From contig RSEE01000037.1 of NCBI GenBank assembly GCA_003971905.1, forward strand, positions 62,001 through 126,000: DNA of 64,000 nucleotides, read 5' to 3'. The stretch is from Moniliella sp. 'wahieum'. Taxonomy: Eukaryota. The translations under genes were made by a program, and so were the position numbers. Shown piece after piece: positions 27,399 through 40,492 of the stretch. The number at the start of each line of letters is the position of its first letter. Within the stretch, counting starts at the first letter, position 1. Under the pieces are notes generated by a model that saw only the letters and a list, made by a program, of their open reading frames with translations, was not told the origin of the DNA and made no database searches.

Positions 27399-29561
27399 AT
27401 GGCTGCTGCTGATGCCGCCGCTTCTCTCCCCGCCGAGATCCCCGTCGGACACTCCATCCCGCCCGACGTGCCCCACGCCGTGTCCGTGTCGCTGCCGCAC
27501 TGGCAGGACAACGTCGACTACGAGGAGGGCCGCCTGGGCAGCGTGATGCAGTGCGGCTACCCGCGCTTCTTTATCGCCCGCAACATCACCCGCCTTGCCG
27601 ACCACTTTGCCCAGCGCTTTGCACGCCCCGGCGAACAGGTCATGCTCTTCCCCTCCCACCGCATTGCCCAGGCCGCCCGCGCCTTCATCCAGGCCCAGTA
27701 CGGCGCCCAGCCGCTCGCCATCCGCATCGCCCGCGTCTGCCTCGTCCCCACCGCCAGCGCCAGCACGCCCCCCCCGCCGCCGACCCTGCTCCCAGCCCGA
27801 CACGGTCCAGCTCCACGTCCTCATCTTCCCGGCCGACGTCTTCCCGCTCGCCAAGGCCTTCTGGCAGCACGCTGGCTCTGGCATCTCCTCCCGCTTGGCC
27901 GACAAGTGTCTCGCCATCCTCACCGAGCAGAACAAGCTCTCGCCCGCCGAGGCGGCCACCAGCACGTCGGGCGCTCCTCTTCCGACGACTGGCAACCCGT
28001 ACAAACAGCGCCTCTTCCAAAACCGGCACTACTCGCGTCCCTCGACCCAGCTGGCCAAGGAATCTCGCACCACCCCCGCCTCTTCCCCGAGCAGCACATC
28101 TACCCCTTCCACCACCCTCGCTGGCAGCGGCACCCTCACCACCTCGGTGGTTGCGGCTGCCTTGGCGCCTCGGGCCAGGAGCAGGAAGAGGTGACGGCGG
28201 ACCAGGCGGCGTTTGTAGAAGAACGCTTTGGTCGTAACTTGCCCCTGTCGTCAGCGACCCTGGCCAAGTCGGCAGTGCGCCGTCGGATTGCCGGTACTCT
28301 GTTGGTGGACCAAAAGGGCACCGATCCGGCCCGGTTGGACGACCATGCAGACGAAGAGGCTTACCTCGCCACCGGTGCAAGTGTCCGTCAAGGTACCACC
28401 GTGACTGAAGACGACGTTTATCTCTTCCCCACGGGCATGAGTGCGATCTGGAATGCGCACCAGTTTGCCATGCTGGCCCAGACCAACCAAGCTGGTCCCG
28501 AGTCGGTCGGAGTGAGCATTTGTTTTGGGTAGGTCTTTCCCTTTTCCCTTTCCCTTTCATTTTTTCCTTCCGTCCATTTTTTTCTTGGCATCCATCTAAG
28601 CTCGCTAATCCCGTCCCCCCTTCACAGCTTCCCGTATACGGATACACTCAAGATTCTTCAAAAGTGGGGTCCTGGCTGCGAGTTCTTTGGACATGGAACC
28701 GAGGAGGATGTGGACCGGCTCGAGGCACTGCTCGAGGCCAAAGCAGCGCAGGGCGAGACCAAAGTGCTCGCCTTGTTCTGTGAGTTCCCATCCAACCCAC
28801 TGCTCCGGGCGCCGAACCTTCCGCGCCTGCGCGCGTTGGCAGACCAGTACGGGTTTGTGATTGTTGTCGACGAGACCGTGGGCAACTTTTTGAATGTGGA
28901 GGTACTTCCGTATGCGGATATGGTCGTGTCGTCCCTAACCAAAGTGTTTAGTGGGGATGTGAATGTAATGGGGGGCTCGTTGGTGCTCAACACGGCTTCG
29001 CGCCATGCACCGGCCCTACGCCAGGCGATCAAGGAGAGCTACGAAGATACGTTGTACGACGAGGATGCGCTGTACCTTGAACGCAACTCGCGTGACTTTG
29101 TCGCGCGCGTCGAGCGTATCAACCAGAACACCGAAGCGGTCCTTCGCTTGTTGCAGCAGGACCAAGCGCGTCCCGAAGCCGAGCGCGTCGTCAAGGAAAT
29201 CAAGTACCCCAGCCTCAGTGAGAGCCGAGGGAACTACGACATGTGTCGGCGCAAAACCTTTCCTTCCGGGCGGAGGTCACCAAGCCGGCGGCTACGGCGG
29301 TCTGTTTTCGCTCTTCTTCACCACCCCAGCGGCAGCGCAAGCATTTTTCGATGCTATGGCCTGCCCCAAGGGCCCTTCGCTCGGAACTAACTTTACCCTG
29401 GCCTGTCCCTTTGCTATCTTGGCCCACTACGCGGAGCTGGACTGGGCACAGTCCTATGGCGTAGACCCTTCCTCGTCCGTATCTCAGTCGGACTGGAACC
29501 GGTGGCGGAGTTGGTGACCATGGTTCAACTCGCGCTCGAAGCCGGACGTAAGGCTCTCTAA
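27399..29561 (+). CDS. STR2: Cystathionine gamma-synthase (PLP-dependent, Str2/Met-7 type); intron 28529-28627
   Basis: [83 protein letters not shown] (PLP Lys), [21 protein letters not shown]. Confidence 0.93.
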
Positions 29562-30106
29562 TCCGTCTCGGCATCGTTCGTTCCTGCCCCTGTGGCGCGC
29601 TGCCCGCTGCCCGCTGCCCGCTGCCCTCGACACTGGCAACCTCTTCTGCCCAATCTACTTTGCTCGTCTCCTGCCCCCCCCCCCCCCCCCACCCCATCCC
29701 CCAAAACAATCCCCCTCATCCGTTCCCCCACACGCGCTTATACTTCTTTCTTGCTCTTGCCTCTGAGATCTCATGCCCCCTGACGTCCAACAACGTCCGA
29801 TTCCCCATTCCTGTACTACTCGCCCGCGTCCAACACCGTCGACCCTCCACTTTGAGGCCATGCATCACAATCTCAATCTGCGCCCACGTACATAACACAT
29901 GCCCATAGTACAAGACAAGCAAGATAGATCAAAACAATGGTACGAGAGCAGTGGCGGGGGGGGAAGGGGAACACCAGGGACCTGGCACGTGTAGCTCTCA
30001 GAACCATCGATTCGATCCACCATGGCACACGACACCTTTAGCTCGCTCGCCTGGTTCCTCCCTCGTCCCTCGTCTCCCCCTCGTTCCCTTCCCTTTCATC
30101 GCCTTA

Positions 30107-32465
30107 TCATCCAAACATGTTGCCCATGAATGGCTGGTTGGGCGAGGGGGCAAAGCCCTGCTGCTGTTGGAACTGAGCCAGAGCTTGGTGCAACTGCGCC
30201 TGGGTGGGCGCGCCCAGCCCACCCGGAGTCGCTTGCGCCAGCATCGGGTTGATCGATCCGACTGGTTGAGATTGGGGTAGCCCTTGCGCTTGCGCTTGGC
30301 CAAGCGGTACGGACGAAGGCACGGCCATTGACATGGACGGCATTCCAGTCGGCATCCCGGGCACCATAGCCTGCAACGCTCCCTGCATCGTGAATGGCGC
30401 TTGAGCCGCCTGGGTCGGTTGGGACAACGGTTGAGGTTGCAGTGGAGCGACTGCTGTGGTTGTTGCTGCTGCTGCGGCTGTTGCTGCTGCTGAGGCTGAG
30501 GCTGTTGCTGCTGTTGAGGAGGTTGGGAAGGTAACCCACCCCACTGGGGTACAGGTGTACCATGCGGCCCAGCCGACGGGACCGAACCAACTGAAGCAAC
30601 CACAGGCGTTCCGTGCGACAAGGAAGGAGGACCACGTTGCATCATCATTGGACTGGCGGCGTGGGCCAACGCAGCGGGACTCATCCCGCCCGCCGTTGCG
30701 GCTCCGGGTGCGGGTGCGGGACCTGCTCCGCCTGCGCCTGCGCCTACGCCTGCGCCTGCGCCGGACTGGAAGCCCAGTCAGCCGACGTCGACGTCCCCCC
30801 TCCCGCAGGACTCAGCATGGGGGTTGAAAGTCCGACCGCGGAAGTGGGCGGATGGCGTGCCAGCTCCTGCTCCCACCCCCGGTCCTACACCCGGCATGGC
30901 AGGCGAGGCTGAAGCGGCTGAAGCTTGACCGCGCCCGGGGTTGAAGCAGGTGCAAGTGGTGAGCCAGAACCGGTGGGCGAACCGGCGGCGCGGGCACGCA
31001 GCAGGTTCTGTTTTTGTTGGCCAAGGTAGCTTGGAGCGCGACGAGTTGGGTCAGTTGTTGAGGCAGAGGAAGGGAGGAGAAGGATGGGTGGGTACGTTCA
31101 ATGTACTGCACAAAAGGGTGCGGGTGCCCAGCATAATGCGTCTGCAACATCTTGTACGCCGGCACACCGATCGGGCCAAAACGAGCTTGTAGCGCACTGG
31201 CCGTCGCGGTCGTCAGGTCGGGCGGGATGACAGGCTGAGACGCCGGTGCGGGCGCAGTGGGAGCAGGTGCGGAAGGAGGTGCGGAAGCGGGAGGTGCAGG
31301 TGCAGGTGTGGGAGCGACAGCAGAATGGTGGTGGTGGTGGTGGGGGGGCCGGGACTGGGGCTGAAGCTGAAGCTGAAGCTGTGGGCGTAGAATAGGAGGG
31401 GGGCACCGGACTGGCCCCGGTCTCGCCAGTTCCATCGAGGAGCGAACCCGAGGCAGAGGCAGCGCGGACGGCGCGCGTGCGGCCCCCAAGGCCGGCGAGG
31501 CCCCCACGGCCATTGAGGGCGGGGGGAAGCGGGCGGGGGTGGTACTGGACGGGTCTTGCAGCGAGAGGGCACGGGCAGGGGTGCCAGGCTGGCCCGAAGC
31601 ACTGCCAGGCCGCAGGGCGGCAAGCAGCGCAGGCGTCGCGGGTGGCTCGCCCTGCCGCTCTTGTGGGAAGACTGAGGCGGGCGGGACGGGGCGTCGGTGC
31701 GCTGGGCATGGTCGAGACGCGCGATGGCTTGGTAGAGCAGCGTGAGCGGGTGGCGGTCAGGGAAGACGCCCGCGGGCGGGAAGGCGAGCGAGGGCATCTT
31801 GCTCCGTTGGTCCGCCGTCAGGGAGGAGGCCACGTGCGCGTCGGCGAGCCAGGCGAGGAAGGCGAGGTTGCTCTGCAGAGAGAAAGCAGACTAGGATGGG
31901 CCGGAGGAGTCAGTGGGCGCCAACCAAACGGGGGAGGAGCGGGACGGGAGGGAGACGGGAGGGAGACGTACCCATGGGAGCGCGAAGAGCGCGCTTGTCC
32001 GGCCGCGACCAGGTTGCCACGCTCCTTGAGCAGCTCCTTGTTGGTGCGGAGGAGGAGCACGACGAGGGCGCGGAGGTACACGTGCGGCTGGTCGAGCGCG
32101 AGGAGGGTAGGGATGGAAGGAAGTTGCGAGGCGTCGATGCCGGCAGAGGCGGAGGCGAGGCGCGGGGTGGAGGAGTGGGACGCGGAGCGGTCGCGGTCGC
32201 GGTCGGCGCGCTGCGCGAGCAGAGGCGAGGAGGCCGGCACCGACCGGGGGCCCTGGGACGGCGGGCGCGCCGAGGCGGGGGCGGCATGGCGCCGGCGTCG
32301 TTCGGCGTGGCGGCCGGCCAGGCCGAGGGCGGCGGCAGCTGGCCCAGCATCGACGGTCGAGCGCGGGGGGGTTCGCGGTGGTGGTGGTGTGGGGGGCGGG
32401 GGCGGGGCGACGGCGGGGGCGACGGCGGTGGGGCTGCCGGACATGGTGGCGAAGAGCGGGTCCAT
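30107..32465 (-). CDS. Gln/Pro-rich protein with an SSXT/SS18 (Snf11-like) domain; putative SWI/SNF subunit or co-activator
   Basis: LLLRTNKELLKE...[intron ~31891-31971]...LQSNLAFLAWLAD resembles the SSXT signature, followed by long Q/P/M-rich low-complexity sequence ending MGNMFG*. Confidence 0.6.
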
Positions 32466-32737
32466 TGGTGGCGGCGGCGGAGGCAACGAAGAAAGCAGAA
32501 GCAACAGGAGCAACCACAGCCACAGCGAAGCGCGTCGCGTTGGCGGGGAGGACTTGCGTGGGTGATGCGGATGGTCGCAGCCTTGCAAGCCAGCGGCAAA
32601 TTCGCCCCAAATTCATCCCAAAATTAAATCCCACAAATATCCGCCCGCCTCGCAGGCCAGCGTCGCCACCACGCCTCCGCCCCTCTCCGCCGCCTCCACC
32701 TCCACCACCTCCACCACCCTCCACCACCTCCCCCGCC

Positions 32738-34730
32738 ATGTACAACGGCATGTACTCCTCCCGCAGTACGCCGCCCGCTGCGGCTGCTGCTGCGGCTGCC
32801 GCGGCCCAACAACAACAGCCCCACCACCAGCAGCAGCAGCAGCAGCCACACCAGCACCAGCAGCCGCCTCAGCAGCACGCCCAGAGCCCTGCCTCCTCCG
32901 CCGCCGGCTCCCCATCCGCCCCCGCCATCCCCGGCTACCCCGGCTTCCCTCCCTCCCCATCGCCTTCCCAGGCCTGCCCGGCTTGGCCATGCCCAACACC
33001 CTCTTCCCCGCGCACCCGCCCTCAACCCCGCCCTCTTCTCCCCGCGGCCCTCCGAATCCCGCCCCGCCGACAACCTTCCAAGCCCCGCTCCAGCCAGCCC
33101 AAGCCATCCGCCAAGAAGACCGCCCCCTCCACCCCCGCGGGCTCCCCAGGCGCCAATGCCAGCACCGCCAATGGCACCACCGCCATCGGTACTGGCGCCG
33201 GTACTGCTTCTGCTGCTGGCACTGCCACTGGCACCGGCGCGAACCCACGTCCTTCCGACGCATCACGCGATTCGGCTCATGCGTCCCATGTCCACGCTGC
33301 GGCGGTGCAAGCCCTCTCCACAGCCCGCCAGCCGACGATCAAAAGCGAAGGTGCCAAGGGAAGCAAGCCTCAGCCAACGGTACTGCGGGCGCCGCGCCTG
33401 GGCCGGGCCGAGGTGCACGTCGATGCGACGAATGCGTTGGATGTCATGACGGGTGCGGGCATTGACCTTCGTGCGGAGCAAGAAGCGATTGGGGGTGCGC
33501 CCACCTCGACCGCTGGTGTGCCCGGCCAATTCCGTCGCGCCGGTGCCGATGCGACCCAGGGCGGACTGTACCTCCACGCGCTGGATTTGAGTGTCAAGGT
33601 GCACCAGATTGCCGCCCAACAAGGCTTGCATGTGGATCCTACGGTGCTCAACTATCTCTCCCTCGCTACCCGACAACGGTTCCGCAACTTACTTGAGATT
33701 ATGGTTCGAACTGCACGCCATCGTCAGTGGAGTGGGCAGGATGCTCCCCCAGGCTTTTGGCCCGGTCGCAGCAAAAAACGCTCGGCCGACCAGGCGGGCT
33801 GGAGGAAGAACAAGGAGAGGATGAGCAGGATGTGCGGAACGCCAAGGCGGATCGGGGCAGGATAGCACGTTTCACCAGGATGTACAGAATCCAGACCTCT
33901 TGCTCGCCGCTTTGGAAAAAGTCGAACGACGAACCGAGATGCGCGCCAAGCAAAGCGAGCCGAACGCGAAGCACGTTACCGTGCTGCGATGGAGGCCCAA
34001 GCCGCCGTCGGAGACGCGTCTGGCCCGCGGGCAGCCAACCCGCCGACGCTCCCGCTGGTGCAATCACCGTCGAAGAAGGCGGCAAAAAAAGCACGTGTCC
34101 TTAAAACATGCCACACCGGACGTGCAAAAGAAGTTGGCGGATTCGGTGGCACAATCGGCCTTGGGCGGAGGCTCGTCGCGCTATGCGTGGATGTCGTCGG
34201 GCGTGCATGGGTTTGGCGGGGCAGGAGCGGCAGCACAGCCGGGCAGCAAGGAGGCCGACGGCCACACGGGTGATGGCGATGGCGATGGCGATGCCAACGC
34301 CACGGCCACAGCAACGGCAATGGCAATGGCGACAAGGAAGCTGCAGCAGGTGGCGGTGGTGCAGGCGCGGGCGGCGGACCGGGCGCTGGGACAGCACCCG
34401 TGCATGGGGCGACTTGGCGTCGCGTCAGGCCGCCAAGGCTGCGGAGGAACGGCGGCGGTGACGCGGGTGACGCTCCCGGATGCGCTGGCGGCGTTGGAGC
34501 GGGAGCGGGCGGGCGGAGCAGGCTGGGTCGGGGATTGCCACGCTGCGCACGACGCGCGCGCTGGGGCGGGCCGGCGTTCCGCGTGCCGGCACCGGCGCCA
34601 CCACCGTCAACGTCGACGCCGTCGTTGTAGGAAGAGGAGAAGGAGGAGGAGGAGGAGAAGACGAAGACGAATGTCAGTGCGAACGCAAAGCAGAGCAACA
34701 ACTTGCGACGTGAAAGCAGCCCGGTTGTAG
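32738..34730 (+). CDS. TAF4: TFIID subunit 4
   Basis: PolyQ N-terminus; DVMTGAGIDLRAEQE; histone-fold-like VLNYLSLATRQRFRNLLEIMVRTARHR; LAALEKVER; VQKKLADSVAQSALGG..RYAWM; RVTLPDALAALERE. 3' end approximate. Confidence 0.85.
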
Positions 34731-37443
34731 TGGCCGTTACTAGTTACGCGTTACGATCGACTGAGTGGTGGTTGTTTTGCGTAGTGCTTCTCAGCAGAGG
34801 TACACTCGCCTGGTGCCTGTATGCCGGGGAGTGATACACGAGTAGGGTTGGCAACTGGTAGCACAGCGCCAGTGTGAGCCCGACCCAAAGCACCCAGTGC
34901 GCGTAGGCACGGCGCCTGTCTCCCCTCGCGGTGACCAAACTTGTCTGGCGTTTGGACTGAAGCGGCCAAGGCCCCCTCTGGCCATTGCATTGCGCCTTGG
35001 CAAATGGGCGAGTTGGTGGTAGATGATACGGCGCACAAAGTGTGCCATGCCGCCGAGACGCGCTTGCTCTTGGCCATGTCGAGCCGGGACACGAAGCTTA
35101 CTGGCGTCGCTTGCGATGGCCCTGCGCGCCCACCTGTCCATCTCGGCTGGCTTGTCGCTTCCGCATATACACCGTGTCCTACACACGAAGAAATCAACGT
35201 TCAGCATAGCCAAGACAACTTCCGTGGCACGTAGTGCCTTTTACAAGGTATGCGACACGATCAAGCCCAAAAGGTGGAGGAAGTGGTGGACGACCACCAA
35301 CGCATCTTCCTCCGTAACGCAATTGGCCTTCAACAACAAACCGCATCCCCCCCATCGCCTCCCGCGTTTGTGGCAGACAAAGGGCGACGAAACCCACACA
35401 CGTCTCCGCCGTCGAAGACGCCAGTTGCATGACCTTGCCCGATGCTGCCCATGGCTCCTTGATGCTCGATATATCCATCATGGTCTTCGCGTCAGGCTAC
35501 GACCAAGTCCCAAGGGGTTAACGTCGCCTATTATATACCGCCGCACCGGCTGTCACAGTCGGGGCTAAGGCGAGGAGACCAGAATCGGACTAGGCCAAGG
35601 GTGTAGCAATCGTTCGTGGGGAAGAGCAAGAACAGGACATGGTGCGAAGTGGAAGAAAACAGGGAAGGAGCGAGACGCTCGAGACGAAGAAATTGGAAAT
35701 GGGAGCGAGATCAGCCAAACTACACACCGGCCAGGGGGCCAGAGCCAAAAGTCGCTTGCACCGCTTGTACCGGCCGCTACCGCTACTCTATCTGTGTCTG
35801 CTCCTGCACAAACTCACGGCCCCGCGTGCCCTCCGCCTGCTCTAGGGACAGGACGGAAACCAGCTTCGCGCCGGCCTGCGCCATCCAACCTATACCCAAG
35901 CCCCTGCCCTTCTTCTCTCGTGGACCAGTACCGTGGTTGTGAGTACCGGTCCCGCCTGCATATTTGGGTGCGCTCGCATCGTCTGCTGGTTCGGTTGGGC
36001 CGGACGAGTTCGTCTGGGCAACCCTCGCCGGCGACTGCACCTCGTACGACCGCCCCCCAACCGATCCGAACTTAACGTTGCACGCAGCTAGGTGGGACCT
36101 GCCCTGCCCCTTGGGCTCGAAACGCTTCGCTCCTATCCCGCCCCCTCATCGCTCGCCCGAAGACCCGATTTCGACATGTAACCCTCCCTTCTCCCACACA
36201 GCTTGGCAGTTGGGTAAGAGGTGCGGGGGATGCATACTAGGATTCCGATGAGCGCTCGAACCCCCCGTGTGCACAGCACGTGCACCAAGTATCACTCCAA
36301 GCACAAAAGGTGGTTGTTCAGGTGACCTTCGCGTGGCAAGCGCCGGTGGCCAGCGTTGCAGGTCGGTGGTGCGCGTCCGGTTTGGGTCACGCCCCAAGGG
36401 AGGACCGTAGGCGGACGATGCAACGGGCAGTGCGGGCGATACCAGAGAGGTGGGAAGGGTATCGGCGGATGCGGGCCGGGAATGGAATGCAAGAAGCTCG
36501 ATAAGAGGTTTGATCAGAAGGAGGACAAGATACAGGATAGCAAAAAGTGTTCTCCTGCCCCCTCGAGTTTCCGTACGGAGGCAGACGCGGTAGACGAAGA
36601 GCGAGAGCAACGCTCTCGTGGAGAGCAACTGGGCAATAAGAAGTGAAGAGAACAGCGAGTTGGTGGTAAGAAGGATGCTACGTCCAGTGCATGGATCAGC
36701 AATAAGGATTAGAGTCAGGGTCAGGGTCAAAGCCAGGACAAGGACAAGGAAGAACCCGGCCCAGGCTATGAACGATGAGGCAACGGATCCCAATCCGAGT
36801 CCACGTCCCAGTCGAAGGCCACCGAGTCTGCCTTGTCTCCTCGGACCCGAACTAAGAGCAGCAGGAGTCGATGAGAGATGAAGCTAGGCTCGCCAAGCTC
36901 GCGCCGGGGGGGAAGAGCCGACACGGGCCAAGGCCTCCTACTGGAGCTAGCTCCATCGACACGCGTGTGTTGCTGCTGTTCTCGTTCAGGCATCAGAACG
37001 GTCAGGTGCAGTCTCTGCTGTTGGTCTGTCTGGCTTCCAGGCTGACGATGCTGGCTGGGTGTATGTGCGTGATGGCATGCATTGCATTCCTCCCCCGTCC
37101 GCGGTGGACTTGGCCGTGGGGGTGGATGGGGATCAGATGGAGTGGGAGGGGGACGCGTCGAGCGGGTGAGTTGGTTGCGGACTAATCTCGATGACGCGTG
37201 CGGTGGCAGAAAACGTGAGCGGAACGCGGGGCACGGGGGCAGTGCTTTGGGGGGGCTAGAATTGTCGCCCAACCAGGCACGGGGACCGGCACGGGGCAGT
37301 GTGGATCCGCACGACCAGGCAGCGGCCGCACCAAAGTCCAGCCGGCGCTGCTCCCAGGCCATCCCCACCCGATCCACGCCGCCTGCGGCCCCCTCCGCCT
37401 CTCCACCACCTCCACCGCCCTCGTCTCCGCCACCCCCACCCCC

Positions 37444-40400
37444 ATGCGCAGCGCAGCGCCCCCCGCCGCTGCCCCCCCCCCCTGCCTGCCGGCGTCACCG
37501 CCACGCAGGTGCGCTCCGTCACCAGCGAGACCGTCATCATTGCGCCCGACGACTCGGACTGCCTCGACGACGGCGACGACGACCACGCACTTGGTGCCGA
37601 CGCCCCCCTCGGTCTCCCGCTCGGATGGCCTCTGTCCAGCACCAGCCATGCCCTCCCTGCTCCGCAGTCGCAGCAACCGAGCCTGTCCCAGTCCTTTGTC
37701 TGCCCGCAGCCCCACCGCCCCGCTCATCGAGGTCGCGCCCCGCCTCTACTTTGCCGTCTTCCACGAGCCCATGCCGCACCCCGACACGCTCAATTCCGGC
37801 CACGGTACCGCCGCCGCCGTGTTCCCCCCCGAGCCTCCCATGAGCGCTGGCGACCACATCCTCCGCTACTGGGCCGCCATCCACCCCGACGGCCTCCATC
37901 CCCAAGCAGGCGAGGTACAAGGCTGGGCGCCGAGCCAGCCACTGCCCCAAAGTTCCACTGGGTCACCACCGAATTGCCCTACACTGTTGGCGATCGGTCC
38001 ATCCCGTACGAGTACCTCCCGTTCTACGACGACTGGGGACCGTTCAACATGTCAATGCTCTTTCTGTTCTGTGACCATATGGCCTCACTCCTGCGTGTAC
38101 GTTCTACCCACCCCCGCCCCCCCACCCCATTCGTCTCCTTCCTGGCTGCGGATGCGTACTAACTCTCGTCGTTGTTACACAGGACCCGGCATTGAAAGAC
38201 CATGGAATTGTTCTCTACTCCAGTTCGGACCCGATCCGCAAGACCAACACGGCTGCCCTGGCTGCCCTCCGCAGCGTGCTCGTCCTGGGGCAATCGCCCT
38301 CGGATGCTTTTTACCCATTTGCCGCGATGGATTTCCAGCCGTGGCGTGACGCCGGCTATGTCGCGCAGACTTTTGCCTGACGCTGCAAGACGTGCTGTAC
38401 GGTGCGTGGCGGGCCCAACAGAATGGGCTGTTTGATCTGGCCCGCTTTGATTTGGACGAATACTTTTATTCCGAGCAACCGGCCAACGGAGATTGGAACT
38501 GGATCACTCCTTCCTTCATTGCGTTTGCCAGTCCCAACGACCCCGTGTATGTCAAGCGCCTGCGCGAGGGCCACGATATGGTCCTCACTCCGGACGATGA
38601 GCGCAAGAGCCAAGAATGGGACAGGCGCAAGACGCGCTGATCCATGATTTCGCCCAGCGAAAGGTCCAGCTGGTGGTGCGCCTCAACAATGCGCTGTACG
38701 ATAAGACCATATTCCAACAAGCGGGCATCGACCACGTCGACATGTACTTTGACGATGGCTCCAACCCACCGCGGAGATTCTCAAGGACTTTATCGACCGC
38801 GCCGACAAGGTGGTCGAGGCGGGAGGTGTGGTGGCTGTGCACTGCAAGGCCGGCTAGGCCGGACAGGTGTGCTGATTGGAGCGTATCTGGTGTGGAAGTA
38901 CGGCTTCAAGGCGTCCGAGGCGATTGCTGGATGCGCGTGCAACGGCCCGGATGTGTGGTAGGACCCCAGCAGCAGTTCCTCTACGAACAGTCGGACGAAT
39001 GGGTCAAGTGGGGCGAACAAGCGCGGGCAAGCAAGTTGGCCGAGACCAAGTTGGCCCACGAACGGCGCGAGATGGCCAAGACGCTTGCCCAGCTCAAAGC
39101 CCAGCTGACCGAGGCGCGCTCCCTCACCGCCCTGGCCACCAGCAGCAAACCCAAGAAAAGAAAATCGGGCGACCTCCCGCTGGGGCAGGAAAACCAACCG
39201 TTGGCCCCGCGGCCAGCCAAGGCCCAGACCGTTCATGCCGTTGGCTCAGCCGACGTGTTTGCTGCCCACCAGGGCCCCGCCTCCGTCAGTCACACCCCGG
39301 GTCCGGCGCGCCCGCATACGCCCATCGACGCCCCTCCACCGTGGCACGGGTCAAGCCCACGCCATGTGTCGGCCAGCCGCGCAAGAGCCCATCGCCCGTG
39401 CACAAGCGCTACGTCCACCATCTCTCCACGGGCCTTTCCCCCGCCGCGGTTCCGGCGGCAGCAACAGTTCCGCCTCGTCCGGGTCCAACCTGCTTCTCGC
39501 CGGCTCTGGGCCCGGCCACCGCCCCGACCCCATCCTCCGCACCCGCACGCCCAGCAATCCATTTTCCCAGCCCCGTCCTCCCTCGGCCTTGGGCGCAGGT
39601 GGCAACCCAAGCCCCGAGCGGCGGAGCAAGCCGGCGCTCCTCTTGGGCGAGAATTCCTCGTCAGACGAGAGCGATGGCAGTCACACCCCGTCCCACTTGC
39701 CTCCCCATGGGGACGATGTGGCCAACACGCCGACGCGGGTCAACTACTCGCCGTCGTCGGTGCTGAGCCGGAGCGGGTCTGCGCGGCCAGCTCCACTGCC
39801 GTTGGGCACGGGCGAATCGCCAGTGGCCAAAGTGGTAAATGGATTCCACCTGCTAGTCCTGTTCGAAGGCCGCCGCACGCGCCCCCCGCGCGCCCATGTC
39901 CCAGCCGGCGTGCTCGGCGACAGTTCTTACCCACAACATTCGTCTTACCCCAACCTTGCCGTCGGACGAAGCGGCCGGGCAAAGTCGCCTCTACCGGGCC
40001 AAGTCACCACCCCGACCAGAACTAACATTGCCCGTGCCTCGCCCACGGTCAAAGCACTGTATGGACTAAAAGACGCATCGACCCGTGATCCCCCCCTCGC
40101 CATCGCCACCGCCACCGGCACTTGGAGCCTCACAACGTTCCCCTGTCCGCACCCGCTCTCGCACCATGGCACTCAACCGCACCGCCGAGACCGCGAGCCT
40201 GTTTCCGTCCCACCGTGCCTGCTCGTACGGCGCGTACCACAGCCCAAGCTGTGCTGAGGCTCCCGTGACAACACGTACCTCGACCCGACCCGACCCGACC
40301 TACTCTTCCCGTCGTACCACGTCCGCTCTACCAGCTCTCCTCCACCGCTCCACTTCCACTTCTGCTTCTACATCCATCCATCTCGGCCGCACCCGCGCCC

Positions 40401-40492
40401 GCCACGCCGCGCCAAAGACGCCCCGACGGCAGGCTACGGTCGAGGCCGTGGTCTCTGTCCATCGCACCCCGCGTTCGGCACTCAACATTTAG
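37444..40492 (+). CDS. CDC14: Cdc14 dual-specificity phosphatase; intron 38097-38182
   Basis: RLYFA; YLPFYDDWGPFN; FQPWRDAGY; NGDWNWITP.FIAFASP; VVRLNN.LY; DMYFDDGSNP; AVHCKA-GLGRTG (split by a 1-bp indel); RPGCVVGPQQ. Long disordered tail, end approximate. Confidence 0.93.
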
